This document shows, piece by piece, positions 49,341-59,999 of a DNA stretch of 64,000 nucleotides (its first letter is position 1; every line of letters starts with the position of its first letter). The DNA is taken from positions 62,001-126,000 of IMG/VR virus record IMGVR_UViG_3300031787_000018, one strand, 5' to 3'. The notes under the pieces were generated by a model. It saw nothing but the letters and a program-made list of their open reading frames with translations, made no database searches and was not told the DNA's origin. This DNA comes from an uncultured virus (IMG/VR IMGVR_UViG_3300031787_000018) (taxonomy: Duplodnaviria > Heunggongvirae > Uroviricota > Caudoviricetes). The position numbers and the translations under genes are program-made.

Positions 49341-50240
49341 TCAAGAAACAATCAAAGTGTTAAAATTTTTACGATATTCTAATACTGATAATTCTTTGGC
49401 TTTGGACTCAAACATTAAATCTAAATTATGACCATATGTATTAACTTCATTACGTACATAATCATGATGTGCTCTAACATTTTTATTATCACGTGGTTCC
49501 GATACATGAACAACAGGTGTAATACCTTCAGGCCATGTAGATATGGCCAATTCTAAAGCTTCTTTAGTAGACATACCATCATTATGACAATTGTGGTGAT
49601 GATAATCAAATACAATAGGAACACCTGTATGTTCGTGTACATACATAAGGTCAGCTACTGTAAACATATTGGGTTTATCATCGTTTTCGATTGTAAGACG
49701 GGATTTGGCGGTGTCACCGAGTAAATGAAAATTATCCACCCAACGTTTAAGTGCATCGGACTTATTACCATAAGCACCACCAACATGAATATTAATTTTA
49801 GAAAAAGGTGTTTTAGGTAAACCAATCATATCCATTATTTCAGAATGACGATTAAGTTCTGCAACAGTTTTAGTAATAACGTCTTGATTTGGTGAGGCTA
49901 GAACATTAAAAGGTCCGGGGTGAAAACCAACTCGATGGTTATATTGTTCGATAAGATTACCTAAACCTGTCATTATATTTTTAATTTTAACAATATCGGG
50001 TAAATTATCAAAACTATATTCACTTGACCATGGAAACATATCCGAACTCATACGATAAAGTGTGATATTGTGTTTTTCATTCCATTTAATAACCTCAACA
50101 AGGTCACGAACATTTTGTAAAGAAAGTTCAGAGGCATAAGGTAAACCTTTATTCTGAAAAGTTTTTTTAATCATACCACGATTAGTAGTAATACCTTGTT
50201 CCCCCAAGGTCATATTAATACAAGCATATCCAATTCTCAT
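49341..50240 (-). CDS. uvsE: UV DNA damage endonuclease
   Basis: RIGYACIN, LYRMSSDMFP, HPGPFNVLASP, INIHVGG, IENDDK and VFDYHHH motifs. Confidence 0.95.
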   Translation of the reverse strand: MRIGYACINMTLGEQGITTNRGMIKKTFQNKGLPYASELSLQNVRDLVEVIKWNEKHNITLYRMSSDMFPWSSEYSFDNLPDIVKIKNIMTGLGNLIEQYNHRVGFHPGPFNVLASPNQDVITKTVAELNRHSEIMDMIGLPKTPFSKINIHVGGAYGNKSDALKRWVDNFHLLGDTAKSRLTIENDDKPNMFTVADLMYVHEHTGVPIVFDYHHHNCHNDGMSTKEALELAISTWPEGITPVVHVSEPRDNKNVRAHHDYVRNEVNTYGHNLDLMFESKAKELSVLEYRKNFNTLIVS

Positions 50241-50290
50241 AAAACAAAGATAACTTTAATTTTTTAATTAACAAAATATATTTATTGTAT

Positions 50291-50539
50291 ATGAGTAACA
50301 ACGAACATACCAGCAAAGTTTTTGTTTTATTAGAGGCAATCAAACAATCAAAAGCACGTTATATTGAAATAAAATCAAAAGAAGGTTTATCAATATATAA
50401 AATGAAATTATTGTTAGAAGATAAAGATTTAGTCGAACTTTTAGACGGGTTTTTCGATGAAGGTTTTATCGTAAAAGAAATTAGTAAAAAAGAATTTGAT
50501 GATTTTGAAGGTGTGGAAACTTTAAATTTTAATCTCTAA
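50291..50539 (+). CDS. Hypothetical protein
   Basis: ATG at 50291 after ATATTTAT. Confidence 0.6.
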   Translation: MSNNEHTSKVFVLLEAIKQSKARYIEIKSKEGLSIYKMKLLLEDKDLVELLDGFFDEGFIVKEISKKEFDDFEGVETLNFNL

Positions 50540-50729
50540 TATACTCTTCTTTAATTTTTTCAATTAAAAAATGTTTTTGTGAACCAAGAGAGGGTGGTAA
50601 TTCATTTTCTGTAAAATCTACTATTTCGTTTATTAAATTATTAATAAATTTTTTAATAACCACTTCTTTATTATCAACATCACTATTTGATAATACTAAC
50701 ATTAAATCTTTTTCCCACTTTTTCATCAT
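50529..50729 (-). CDS. Hypothetical protein
   Basis: 66 aa ORF. Confidence 0.5.
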   Translation of the reverse strand: MMKKWEKDLMLVLSNSDVDNKEVVIKKFINNLINEIVDFTENELPPSLGSQKHFLIEKIKEEYIRD

Positions 50730-50783
50730 AAAACTGTTTATAGTTATAAATTTAGTTATATTTATTTAATAAATAAAGGTATT

Positions 50784-51458
50784 ATGAAAAAAAGATTAGT
50801 GATGGATAATCACAAAATAAGAAAAATTGTTAGTGAAAAACTAAAACAAGACGGTACCTTCATTAAAGAAGATAAGATAGATAAAGCTATCAAAGATTAT
50901 TTAAACGAAAGAAAAGATAATCAATCAGATTTTGAAGGTGAAGAAAATTCATTTAGTCCAAAAGCCAAAAAAGCTTTTGGTGATATGATACGTGGTTTAA
51001 ATGATATAATAGAAGATTTACGTATTATACAAGTGAAAGAACCAGATATTTTGGTTGATGAAATGCCAGGAGCCGGTGAATTTTACTCGGAAAATGCGAT
51101 AGAAGAAATTATAAACACGATTGAATCCGTTTTAGACAATTTAGAGTATTTAAAAAATTTAAATTCTGATGTTTAGTATTGTTTTAAAAATATTTAAATT
51201 TTAACAAATATTTTAAATATGATAGATGAGTTATACGACAATGTTGTAAGTTTATGTAATGAAATTGGTTATTTGGATTTAGTTAATGGTTTTAAAACAG
51301 AAGATTACTTAAGATGGTCTTCAAACAAAATATTTCAATTTGACAATATACACATTAAAAGGGAATATCCTTTATGTGCTTTATCTTATGATAATTTTTT
51401 TCGTTCACCATTTTCTATCGTTTTTAGTGAAGATGGTACAATTACGAATATTTATTAA
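50784..51458 (+). CDS. Two hypothetical ORFs (50784-51176 with an IRKIVSE leader-like segment; 51219-51458)
   Basis: ORF track plus an upstream ATATTTAT motif. Confidence 0.65.
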
Positions 51459-51460
51459 GT

Positions 51461-52597
51461 ATGGGAATTATAGGACACAAAGAAAGAGCTTTAATACGTA
51501 GAGGTTTATATGTAGAAAACGCTTTAAAAAGAAGAGATTTAATTGTTGAGGACGATCAATTAGATATTTTTGGTAATAATGAAACAAATAAGTCTAAAAA
51601 CATTAAAATATTTAAAATAGTAGACGATTCTGGCAAATTCAATTCTAAAAATTTTAGAAATTTCATATTATTTGATAGTGGTATTTACCCTAAATGTTCA
51701 CCGGAGGTTTTAAATACAACTGAAAATATCGTATCACCTTGTGTTGGTAAAATTGATACTGAAAACTGTAAAACAGGTGATGGTATTATAGGTGGTAGAT
51801 ATACTAGTGAGTCTCGTGGGGGTGTTGGTTTGTGGTCTGTAATAAATTTTTTTGACACAAATAGTGATGTTGAAAAAGTGATAAAAGAAGTACATCAAAA
51901 AAGTAGTACAGATTTAAATTTAAATGAGTGGATAAATATTAATATTAAAGATTTAGTTGGTGATAACGGTAAATATACTAGTATTTTAGCTGATAAGGTT
52001 TTAACAAAAACATCTGGTACCAGATTTAAAGGTAATAAAAATGAAGAGGTCGTAATTAAAGTCTTAGAAAAAAATTACCCTGGTATTGTAATTAATAGAT
52101 TTTGTGATGGTGATGTTAGAGATAGAATAGAAGGTCAAGATTTAATGATTACATTTGACGGTATCACTAAATACGTTCAAGTAAAACCTTTATATGGTAA
52201 TGTGGTTTTACATACTAAAATGGATGGTGATGTTTATTTTGAAGTACCGTCTTATACTGACATTTTAGGTAAATACTCACCAAATAAAGTACAAAAATTG
52301 GCATTTGTAAGTGGTGAAGATTATATTATTTTTGATTATAAACATGATTTGGTACAACAAAAACTAAATCCTGTTACTTACTCTAAAGCACCTAAATACT
52401 TATTAAATTTCAAAAACGAACCATCATTAAAATCTGCCTCTCTAAAAATAAAAGAGGTTGATGAGTTAAAAAATACACCTAAAGACGAAAAAGTTAAAAT
52501 TTTAAAAAATAAATTAAATGATTATAAATCTTTAATTTATGATTATAATCAAAAAATTAAATTTATACAACAGGCTATTAAAAATTTAGGTGATTAA
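51461..52597 (+). CDS. Putative PD-(D/E)xK nuclease-like protein
   Basis: GNKNE...DRIEGQDLMI...YVQVKP; paralog of the convergent gene. Confidence 0.55.
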   Translation: MGIIGHKERALIRRGLYVENALKRRDLIVEDDQLDIFGNNETNKSKNIKIFKIVDDSGKFNSKNFRNFILFDSGIYPKCSPEVLNTTENIVSPCVGKIDTENCKTGDGIIGGRYTSESRGGVGLWSVINFFDTNSDVEKVIKEVHQKSSTDLNLNEWININIKDLVGDNGKYTSILADKVLTKTSGTRFKGNKNEEVVIKVLEKNYPGIVINRFCDGDVRDRIEGQDLMITFDGITKYVQVKPLYGNVVLHTKMDGDVYFEVPSYTDILGKYSPNKVQKLAFVSGEDYIIFDYKHDLVQQKLNPVTYSKAPKYLLNFKNEPSLKSASLKIKEVDELKNTPKDEKVKILKNKLNDYKSLIYDYNQKIKFIQQAIKNLGD

Positions 52598-53400
52598 ACT
52601 TTGTAAACACTTTTACCAGTTGTTGTATTAAAGTTTATTAAAACTAACATTAATTTTTTTGGTATTATCACAGTGTTTTCTGTAAAACTGAAAAAATCTG
52701 GTTGATTTCTAAACACAGCCACATGATATTCTGTACCCGTATCTTTACCAAATACGATTAAATCTGTATCATATTCTCTTCTTAAAGAGTTTGTTTTTAC
52801 AATATAATAATCACCTTCTTTTTCAAGACCAGTAAAAGGTTTAACTTGGGTTGTAAGTCCAGAACTTTTTGGTGGTAAAATTTTACCGTTTGAAAATATT
52901 TTCATGTCTATTCCCATAAAATCTAAAGTACCTCCAGCTTCAGCCAACATATCAACTTTAATTACCCCTGGTAAAGTTTCTATTGTACTTTTAACATAAT
53001 TTTCTCTTTTAGTCCCACTACTTCTTGTTTTATTTATAGCATCAACAATAGAATTTTTTAATGCTGAATTAGGACCAAATATTTCAAACATATCTTCTAT
53101 TATTTTTTGTAAAAATAATTTATTTTCTTCACTATTTTTTTGTGAAAAATTTTTATTATAAGTAATATGATTGCCGTATTTATTTTTTAAGTAAGGTAGT
53201 ACAACTTTATCTCTAACAGTCCAATGTGTGTTTATAAAATTGTAATTAGACCAATTTGGGTCGTCGTTAGGTGTTATTGGTCTTATAATACCATAATTAC
53301 CTGAAGGTCCACGACCCCAATATTCGGTATTACCATAAATTTCTTTTAATATATTATTTATAACAACTTTATATTCGTTTTCAAAAGGAGAATAAGCCAT
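52594..53400 (-). CDS. Putative PD-(D/E)xK nuclease-like protein
   Basis: GTKRE...DFMGIDMKI...TTQVKPF. Confidence 0.55.
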   Translation of the reverse strand: MAYSPFENEYKVVINNILKEIYGNTEYWGRGPSGNYGIIRPITPNDDPNWSNYNFINTHWTVRDKVVLPYLKNKYGNHITYNKNFSQKNSEENKLFLQKIIEDMFEIFGPNSALKNSIVDAINKTRSSGTKRENYVKSTIETLPGVIKVDMLAEAGGTLDFMGIDMKIFSNGKILPPKSSGLTTQVKPFTGLEKEGDYYIVKTNSLRREYDTDLIVFGKDTGTEYHVAVFRNQPDFFSFTENTVIIPKKLMLVLINFNTTTGKSVYKV

Positions 53401-53418
53401 AATTATTGATTATTTTAG

Positions 53419-53432
53419 ATATTTATAAATAT
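53419..53432. promoter_or_regulatory. Palindromic double copy of the ATATTTAT motif (candidate bidirectional phage promoter)
   Basis: ATATTTATAAATAT lies 18 nt from each of two divergent ATGs (53400 and 53451). Confidence 0.65.
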
Positions 53433-53450
53433 AGTAAAAATTTTTAAACA

Positions 53451-55133
53451 ATGAAAATTATTTTAGATAAAATAAGAGAAGTATTAACGGAAAGTAGGGT
53501 TGAAGATGTAAAAAAGAGATTCCCCAACGTTGATTCACAAATTATAGATTATTTCGTAAATAATGACCCATCCGGCAATCAAAAATATTTGGATTGGATG
53601 GTTAAAGCTATAACACACAAGCCAACATTACAAACTATTGGTAATATAATGGGTAATAATGAATACCTTGATGGTGGTTATTGGGGTGGGACAGCCGCTT
53701 TTATTTCTGTTTTAATTAATAGATTCCATAACCTATTACCGTATTTAGTACATGAAGAAAACGGTAAAAAGGTGGGTACTACTGATTTATATCAATATAA
53801 GTTTAGTGATAGTGAAATGATAAATTATTTGATTTTTGATTTAGATAGAGCTGAAGAACGTAAAAAAAAGAAAGAATTATCTAAAAAATTAAAATCTGAA
53901 GCTGATAAAATTTATGAAGATAAAAATTGGTTGGTTGTAAGAGCTAGGACTTGGGAGGCTTCCTGTCATTATGGTGCTGGTACAAAATGGTGTACAACTT
54001 CAAAAGAAAGTGATACCCATTTTAAACGTGAAACAGACCGTCAATTTTTGATTTATGTAATTAATAAAAATGAAACTTCTGAAAATCCATTATATAAGGT
54101 GGCTTGGCAAATACCTTATGATAAAAAAATTAATAAATACATGAAATTTGGTTTAGAAGGTGATTGGGAGATTGATTGGTCAAAGATTAAATTGTGGAAT
54201 GCCGAAGATACAAATATTGCAAATCGTTTAGGTAGTGAATACTTACTTTCTGTACCTAAAAAAATTAAGGCAGAGATTTTAAAATACATGCAAAATAAAA
54301 TGGATGAGATGTATGAAAATATGGGTTATGTTGATGATCCAAATATTCAGGCATTGGTTACATATTTGGGTTTAACACAAGAAGAGGCTGACGAGGTAAT
54401 AGAAGAAAGGTATACACATTATGGTTTAAAAATTTATACAAATGATGATCATGGTTCATACGCTGTGGGAATATTTGAAGAGGCACAAAACGCTTTAAGA
54501 GAATGGGCTGAAGGTTATTATGATGACATTGGTCCTTTTGAAATAATGGGTGATAGAATTAAATATTATGTCACAATACCTGATGCTGATAATATAGCCT
54601 CGGAAGATGCTACTTTTTATGTTGATGATATTAGTGATGATGATTTAATTGATTACGCCAAAGGTTATAGTGATGATATTGATAATCTTATTGAGGAGTA
54701 TAATATTAATAGTGGTATATTGGAAGGTTTTGACGATGAAATATCTGAATTGATGACCAAATTAGAACAACAAGAAATATCGGAAGAAGAATATAAAAAA
54801 GAAATGGAAGAATATGAGGCCGAAAAAGAAGAAATGGAAGAATATCAACCAAAATTATTAGAAAGAATACGTGAAAAATATAGGGATGAAATTTATAAAG
54901 ATAAATTACGTCAGATGGAAGATGACCCATGGGATTGGTTGCGGGAAATGGGTTGGGCAGATAGAAATGGTTTAAGTAAAAACGCAATAAATAGTGGTCT
55001 TGTTGAAATTAATCGAGAATCTTTAATTGATGACCTTGTAGATGGTTGGGATTTTGAGGTACTTAGTGATGATGGTCGGTGGGATGAGGTCAATGTTGAT
55101 AGTAGAACTTATTATATATTTAATGTTTCATAA
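53451..55133 (+). CDS. DPSGNQKYLDW / ASCHYGAGTKWC paralog family protein with an acidic C-terminal half
   Basis: IREVLTESRVED leader and family motifs. Confidence 0.85.
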   Translation: MKIILDKIREVLTESRVEDVKKRFPNVDSQIIDYFVNNDPSGNQKYLDWMVKAITHKPTLQTIGNIMGNNEYLDGGYWGGTAAFISVLINRFHNLLPYLVHEENGKKVGTTDLYQYKFSDSEMINYLIFDLDRAEERKKKKELSKKLKSEADKIYEDKNWLVVRARTWEASCHYGAGTKWCTTSKESDTHFKRETDRQFLIYVINKNETSENPLYKVAWQIPYDKKINKYMKFGLEGDWEIDWSKIKLWNAEDTNIANRLGSEYLLSVPKKIKAEILKYMQNKMDEMYENMGYVDDPNIQALVTYLGLTQEEADEVIEERYTHYGLKIYTNDDHGSYAVGIFEEAQNALREWAEGYYDDIGPFEIMGDRIKYYVTIPDADNIASEDATFYVDDISDDDLIDYAKGYSDDIDNLIEEYNINSGILEGFDDEISELMTKLEQQEISEEEYKKEMEEYEAEKEEMEEYQPKLLERIREKYRDEIYKDKLRQMEDDPWDWLREMGWADRNGLSKNAINSGLVEINRESLIDDLVDGWDFEVLSDDGRWDEVNVDSRTYYIFNVS

Positions 55134-55170
55134 TCTTGAATAACAAGATATTTATAAAATAAAATAATAA

Positions 55171-56460
55171 ATGACATTTTTTACTAATTTAACACTTAGA
55201 GGTATTAAAAAATCAGCATTAACACATGCTGAATTAGATAATAATTTTGTTGCTCTCGACAGTGGGTTATCTAATTTACAAAACCAAGTAAGTTTTATAA
55301 GTGGCGGTAGTCAAACTCTTGCTCAAACATTGTCTAATGGCAATACATCAGGAGCGTATGATATTTTAATAAACACTGGTCAAAAAATAGGATTTAAGGA
55401 TGGTAATAATACTTACACAACATATATTTCCAACAACCAAACTCAGGCCGGAAATAGAACGGTTTATTTACCTTTATTTGATGGACAAATTGCATATCAC
55501 GCCACCGGATCACCGTTAACAACAAATTATATCTTAAAAGGCACTACAAATGGGGCTATTACTTCGAGTAGTTTAATATACGACAATGGGACTAATGTAG
55601 GTATAGGAACGGCAAGTCCTTCTTATAAATTACAAATAAATACAGCATTAGCCGATTTTGATGGTTTACAAATAAAAAACACAAGTACAAATGCAGCGGC
55701 AGGTGCTTATTTGTTATTTACTAATGGAAGTGGTGCTAATGCTGAAATTGTTTTAAAACAAGGTTCGTCTTTTGCTGGATATGGAGCTGCAAATGACATG
55801 ACTTTTAGAGCTGGTGTAGGAGCAGCTTATATGAATTTTGTTTCTGAAAGTACTAACGGTTTTAGATTTTATCCAAGTGCAGCTGGTGGAGCATCTTTAG
55901 CAACATTAACTCCTACATTAGCTATCGCAGGAACCGAGAGAGTTGGTTTTGGTATATCGTCGCCAAACGCTAAAGCGCATATTGTGGGTGCAACCTCCGC
56001 CGCCGGCGCATACGCATTAAGGGTAGATGATAGTTCAAATAGTCCATTATTTTGTGTTCAAAATGATGGAACGGTAGGAATTGGAACAATTAGTCCGGTT
56101 GTAAAATTACATGTAGAGGGGTTATCTTATTTAAACGGTGGTGCAAGGATTACAAGTGTCGGTATTGGTGGATATTGGGGTGGATTAGCAAATGAAATTT
56201 TAACTTTACAAGCAACAACAGGAAATCCATTAATCTTACAATATACAGAAGTTGGGCAAGTAGCTATTGGAACAAATGCACCAAACACATCATCGATATT
56301 AGATATTGTTAGTACAAATAAGGGTGTTTTATTGCCCCGAATGACTACCGCACAAAGAACTTCTATTCCTTCCCCAGCTATAGGGTTAATAGTTTATCAA
56401 ACAGATGCAACAGAAGGTCTTTACATATATAAATCTAGTGGTTGGACATTCATAGCATAA
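55171..56460 (+). CDS. Tail-fibre / virion appendage-like protein
   Basis: LTHAELDNNF start; NVGIGT repeats; GVLLPRMTTAQR..GLIVYQTD tail; G/T/S/N-rich. Confidence 0.75.
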   Translation: MTFFTNLTLRGIKKSALTHAELDNNFVALDSGLSNLQNQVSFISGGSQTLAQTLSNGNTSGAYDILINTGQKIGFKDGNNTYTTYISNNQTQAGNRTVYLPLFDGQIAYHATGSPLTTNYILKGTTNGAITSSSLIYDNGTNVGIGTASPSYKLQINTALADFDGLQIKNTSTNAAAGAYLLFTNGSGANAEIVLKQGSSFAGYGAANDMTFRAGVGAAYMNFVSESTNGFRFYPSAAGGASLATLTPTLAIAGTERVGFGISSPNAKAHIVGATSAAGAYALRVDDSSNSPLFCVQNDGTVGIGTISPVVKLHVEGLSYLNGGARITSVGIGGYWGGLANEILTLQATTGNPLILQYTEVGQVAIGTNAPNTSSILDIVSTNKGVLLPRMTTAQRTSIPSPAIGLIVYQTDATEGLYIYKSSGWTFIA

Positions 56461-56502
56461 AAATTATTAATATATAATAAAAAAATAAAAAAATAAAACA
56501 AC

Positions 56503-56772
56503 ATGAAGTACAAACATTTAAAAACAACAATTTTAGCAGGAAGTGCTAACGTAGATGTTCCAGCTAATACATCTACTTTTCAGGCGAATATCAAATTTGA
56601 AATCTTACCTGAAATAGAAGGTCATGAAATACCTGAACAATACAAAACACCTGAGTTAACTTTCTTTGGATTAGTATTTAATACATTAAATATGGAAGAA
56701 GTACTAAATCAGGCGGACAGTAAGGGTGTTGAAAGATTGAAAGAGGTTTATGGGGTGACTAATATAGAGTAA
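56503..56772 (+). CDS. Hypothetical protein between the fibre-like genes
   Basis: 89 aa ORF. Confidence 0.65.
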   Translation: MKYKHLKTTILAGSANVDVPANTSTFQANIKFEILPEIEGHEIPEQYKTPELTFFGLVFNTLNMEEVLNQADSKGVERLKEVYGVTNIE

Positions 56773-56784
56773 ATAACTTAAAAA

Positions 56785-58515
56785 ATGGGAAATTTAATAT
56801 TAAAAGAACAATCGGTATCAGGTTTTACTGCTGCTCCATTAAACAAAATAAAAATTGCTTATGGAAATGATGATAACCTATACAGAATTGATGATGCTAA
56901 TAACGCGGTTGTAATTGGTGGCGGTGGTGGTAGTCAAACTCTTGCTCAAACTTTAGCTCTGGGCAATACATCAGGAGCGTATGACATCTTAATGAATACA
57001 ACCCAACGTATAGGGTTCAAAGATGGGGATAACACTTACACAACTTATTTAAGTAACAACATTACAACTGCGGCCAATAGAACGGTTTATTTACCATTGT
57101 TTGATGGACAGTTAGCTTATCATGCTACTGGAACACCACCAACAACAAATTATGTTTTAAAAGGAACAACTAATGGGGCTATTACTTCGGGGATAATCTA
57201 CGACAATGGAACAAATGTTGGTATTGGGACATCATCACCAACAACTAAATTATCTGTTTATGCAGGAACAGTAACTAATACAGATTTATTTTCAGTAAAG
57301 ATAGCTTCAAATCAAGCAGCATTAAATGTTAATGATGCGAATTGGGTTTCCATTAATTCAAACACAAGAGTTGGTACTGAAAGTTTATATATTAATGGTA
57401 CGCAAGTAACAAGTGAAATATCTATATTAGGAACTAATATGCTTAGATTTGCTGATAGTGGTTTTTCGACTATAACAAGTCCGAATTTGGATTTTGTTGG
57501 AACAATGAATGGTGGTTATCAATTTAATGGTTATGGAACATTACCGCACGGTAATTCTAACTTTTTATCGTTAATACCAAATACTAATAACGGTTCATTA
57601 GCTACTTTCTTTAATAATTTAGTTAGAATAAAGGCAAACGGTAACACTGATACACAAAAATATTTTGCAGTAACCAGTTTCACAGCGGATACTATACCAA
57701 CAGATACTTTAACTTATTTTAAAGGTTCCACCTCCGCAGCAGGTGCATATGCTTTAAAGGTAGATAACTCAAGTAGTAATCCTTTATTACATATAGCCAA
57801 CACTATTAACGGACAAGCAAATGGGTTAAATCAAGGAAATGGCAATTTGGCGATGTATTACGACACATCGGGGGCCGGATATGCTGTTTTACGTTCATTA
57901 AATTATAATTCCGTTTCTTTTGGCACACATTCATCACCTTATAGAATTATATTAGGTAGGGATGGAAATGTTTATACAAATGACAGGTTGTTTGTGATGT
58001 TAAATGATCCCATTGCCGCAGTTACCGAAACGGTAAGTGTTGGTAGAACTACTCATGGAGTTAATGGCTCTACATCATCAATGGTCGTATTAAATATAAC
58101 GATGGGTTCAACTAATTCAGGTTTAGGGTTATTTGCTATTGGTGCCACTGGTCAAGGTGGAACAACCGGAAACGCAACGATGAATTTTAAATATGATCCA
58201 ATAAGTTACAGTGGGACAGTAAATTCAGCTAATAACAATTATTATCGTGTTGCAATTGGTAAATCCCCATCAACGGATTATAGATTAGAAATTTCAGGTG
58301 GAACAAGAATTGAATCGGATAGTTATACCACGTCGGCTGCTGTTTTAGAGTTATCGTCTACTACACAAGGTCTATTATTACCTAGAATGACATCTACACA
58401 AGCTAGTGCTATAACGGCCGTAAATGGTTTAATTTTATATGTAACCGATACTAACTTAACATTCACTTCTGTAGGTTTTTGGGGTTATGAGAATGGGTCA
58501 TGGGTAAAACTTTAA
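56785..58515 (+). CDS. Tail-fibre / virion appendage-like protein
   Basis: Shares SQTLAQTL..GNTSGAYDIL through DNGTNVGIGT with 55171; GLLLPRMT tail. Confidence 0.75.
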   Translation: MGNLILKEQSVSGFTAAPLNKIKIAYGNDDNLYRIDDANNAVVIGGGGGSQTLAQTLALGNTSGAYDILMNTTQRIGFKDGDNTYTTYLSNNITTAANRTVYLPLFDGQLAYHATGTPPTTNYVLKGTTNGAITSGIIYDNGTNVGIGTSSPTTKLSVYAGTVTNTDLFSVKIASNQAALNVNDANWVSINSNTRVGTESLYINGTQVTSEISILGTNMLRFADSGFSTITSPNLDFVGTMNGGYQFNGYGTLPHGNSNFLSLIPNTNNGSLATFFNNLVRIKANGNTDTQKYFAVTSFTADTIPTDTLTYFKGSTSAAGAYALKVDNSSSNPLLHIANTINGQANGLNQGNGNLAMYYDTSGAGYAVLRSLNYNSVSFGTHSSPYRIILGRDGNVYTNDRLFVMLNDPIAAVTETVSVGRTTHGVNGSTSSMVVLNITMGSTNSGLGLFAIGATGQGGTTGNATMNFKYDPISYSGTVNSANNNYYRVAIGKSPSTDYRLEISGGTRIESDSYTTSAAVLELSSTTQGLLLPRMTSTQASAITAVNGLILYVTDTNLTFTSVGFWGYENGSWVKL

Positions 58516-58611
58516 TGGTAAAAATATTACAAAATAATTTTATAAAATTATATTTTACTTTTTATAAAATTATTTTATTTTTTAAATATAAAATAAAAAT
58601 TTAAAATAAAA

Positions 58612-58794
58612 ATGAAAATGAAAGATAAAGAAATAACATTAAAATTTAACTTAGATGAAGTTAATGTAATTTTGACCGGTTTAAGTGAGTTACCTAGTAA
58701 AATAAGTTATGGTTTAATAACTAAAATCAAAAATGACGCTCAAAATCAAATAGAAGATGAGGATGCAAATAAGTTAGATTTAAAAAATGATTAA
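58612..58794 (+). CDS. Small phage protein (possible fibre-associated chaperone)
   Basis: EVNVIL.GL.ELP...S..LI.KI..DAQ.Q; follows the fibre-like gene. Confidence 0.6.
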   Translation: MKMKDKEITLKFNLDEVNVILTGLSELPSKISYGLITKIKNDAQNQIEDEDANKLDLKND

Positions 58795-58796
58795 AC

Positions 58797-58828
58797 AAAA
58801 AACCCCACAATTTGTGGGGTTTTGTTTT
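58797..58828. terminator. Bidirectional intrinsic terminator
   Basis: AAAACCCCACA-ATT-TGTGGGGTTTT between convergent genes. Confidence 0.85.
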
Positions 58829-59934
58829 TAAAGTACAAACTCTGTATCAAACTCTTTTTTAAACATATAAAGACCAGCATGTTTTCTTAAATCATTTTTA
58901 GAGTGTTCACCAATACCCATACCATAATCGTGTGAACCAACATCAGTTAAAGAATTTAATAAATCCCAAGTCGTCATATCGGTTTTGGCGTTTTTCCAAT
59001 GACGGTTTGTCAGTGTTTCCAAATTAATACCTCTTTCTTTATAAGAAGATTGAATTTCACCTATTGGAAAAAATTTATCCAAAACCGCTTCAACACGAGC
59101 ATCATTTTTATCTGTAACCTTACTACTAACCAAATCACGGAATTTTAAAACTTCATTATATGAAGCTGAAATTGTACTCATTTTTTGAACTTGATTGGTA
59201 AATATACCTTGAAATTTCTTATTGGTTTCACTTAAAGACTTAACTTCTCTCATAAATTTGTTGATGTTATCAACCGAGTTACTTTCCAAACGTGGACCCA
59301 TTTCAAGACGACGAGGACCAATTAAACCATTTTCACAAACTAAACGAATTACATACGGGTCAATAGCAATATCTTCAGTGGGACCGGCTGTTACAATAAC
59401 ACCTGTGTGAAAACTTTCATCTTTTAAATCAGGTACGTCAAAAGCCCATCCACTTTTAACTGTTGATATTTGAATGTTACCCTCACCAGAAATAGACATA
59501 CTACCAATGTCTAAATTATTATCATTAATCACATTTTCAACCATATCAAAATAAAAATCAGGTGAAATGTAAGGTTTAGACGCGTCAGTGATAGCCACAA
59601 CCATTTTAGTTGATGGTGAAATGTAAATTGACACCAACATATCTTTTGATGTGGCAATTTTATTCTTAATAACTTTAACTAATTGATTACGAGAATTCAT
59701 ACCAAAAATATCGGTAAATTTACCCATAAAAGCGTCAGTTATTTTGAGAGTTTTAAGTAAAGATTTGAAAGCGTTTGAAGATAGTTTTAAACTAACGCCT
59801 TCAATATTAATACCACCGTTACGATTTTCAGGATTTTCAAAGTCAATATTTAACTCGGAGATTGTTAAGTTTTTACGAATTGGGTAATTGGATTTTACCT
59901 CTTTTTTAAATGTTTCAAATTTTGTGTTTTCCAT
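58828..59934 (-). CDS. DUF932-like protein
   Basis: RLVCENGL and TTWDLLNSLT motifs. Confidence 0.6.
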   Translation of the reverse strand: MENTKFETFKKEVKSNYPIRKNLTISELNIDFENPENRNGGINIEGVSLKLSSNAFKSLLKTLKITDAFMGKFTDIFGMNSRNQLVKVIKNKIATSKDMLVSIYISPSTKMVVAITDASKPYISPDFYFDMVENVINDNNLDIGSMSISGEGNIQISTVKSGWAFDVPDLKDESFHTGVIVTAGPTEDIAIDPYVIRLVCENGLIGPRRLEMGPRLESNSVDNINKFMREVKSLSETNKKFQGIFTNQVQKMSTISASYNEVLKFRDLVSSKVTDKNDARVEAVLDKFFPIGEIQSSYKERGINLETLTNRHWKNAKTDMTTWDLLNSLTDVGSHDYGMGIGEHSKNDLRKHAGLYMFKKEFDTEFVL

Positions 59935-59999
59935 GTAATAATATTTTAGACTACAAATATAAGTTATACTTTCAATAAATACAAATTTTTTGTTTAAAA

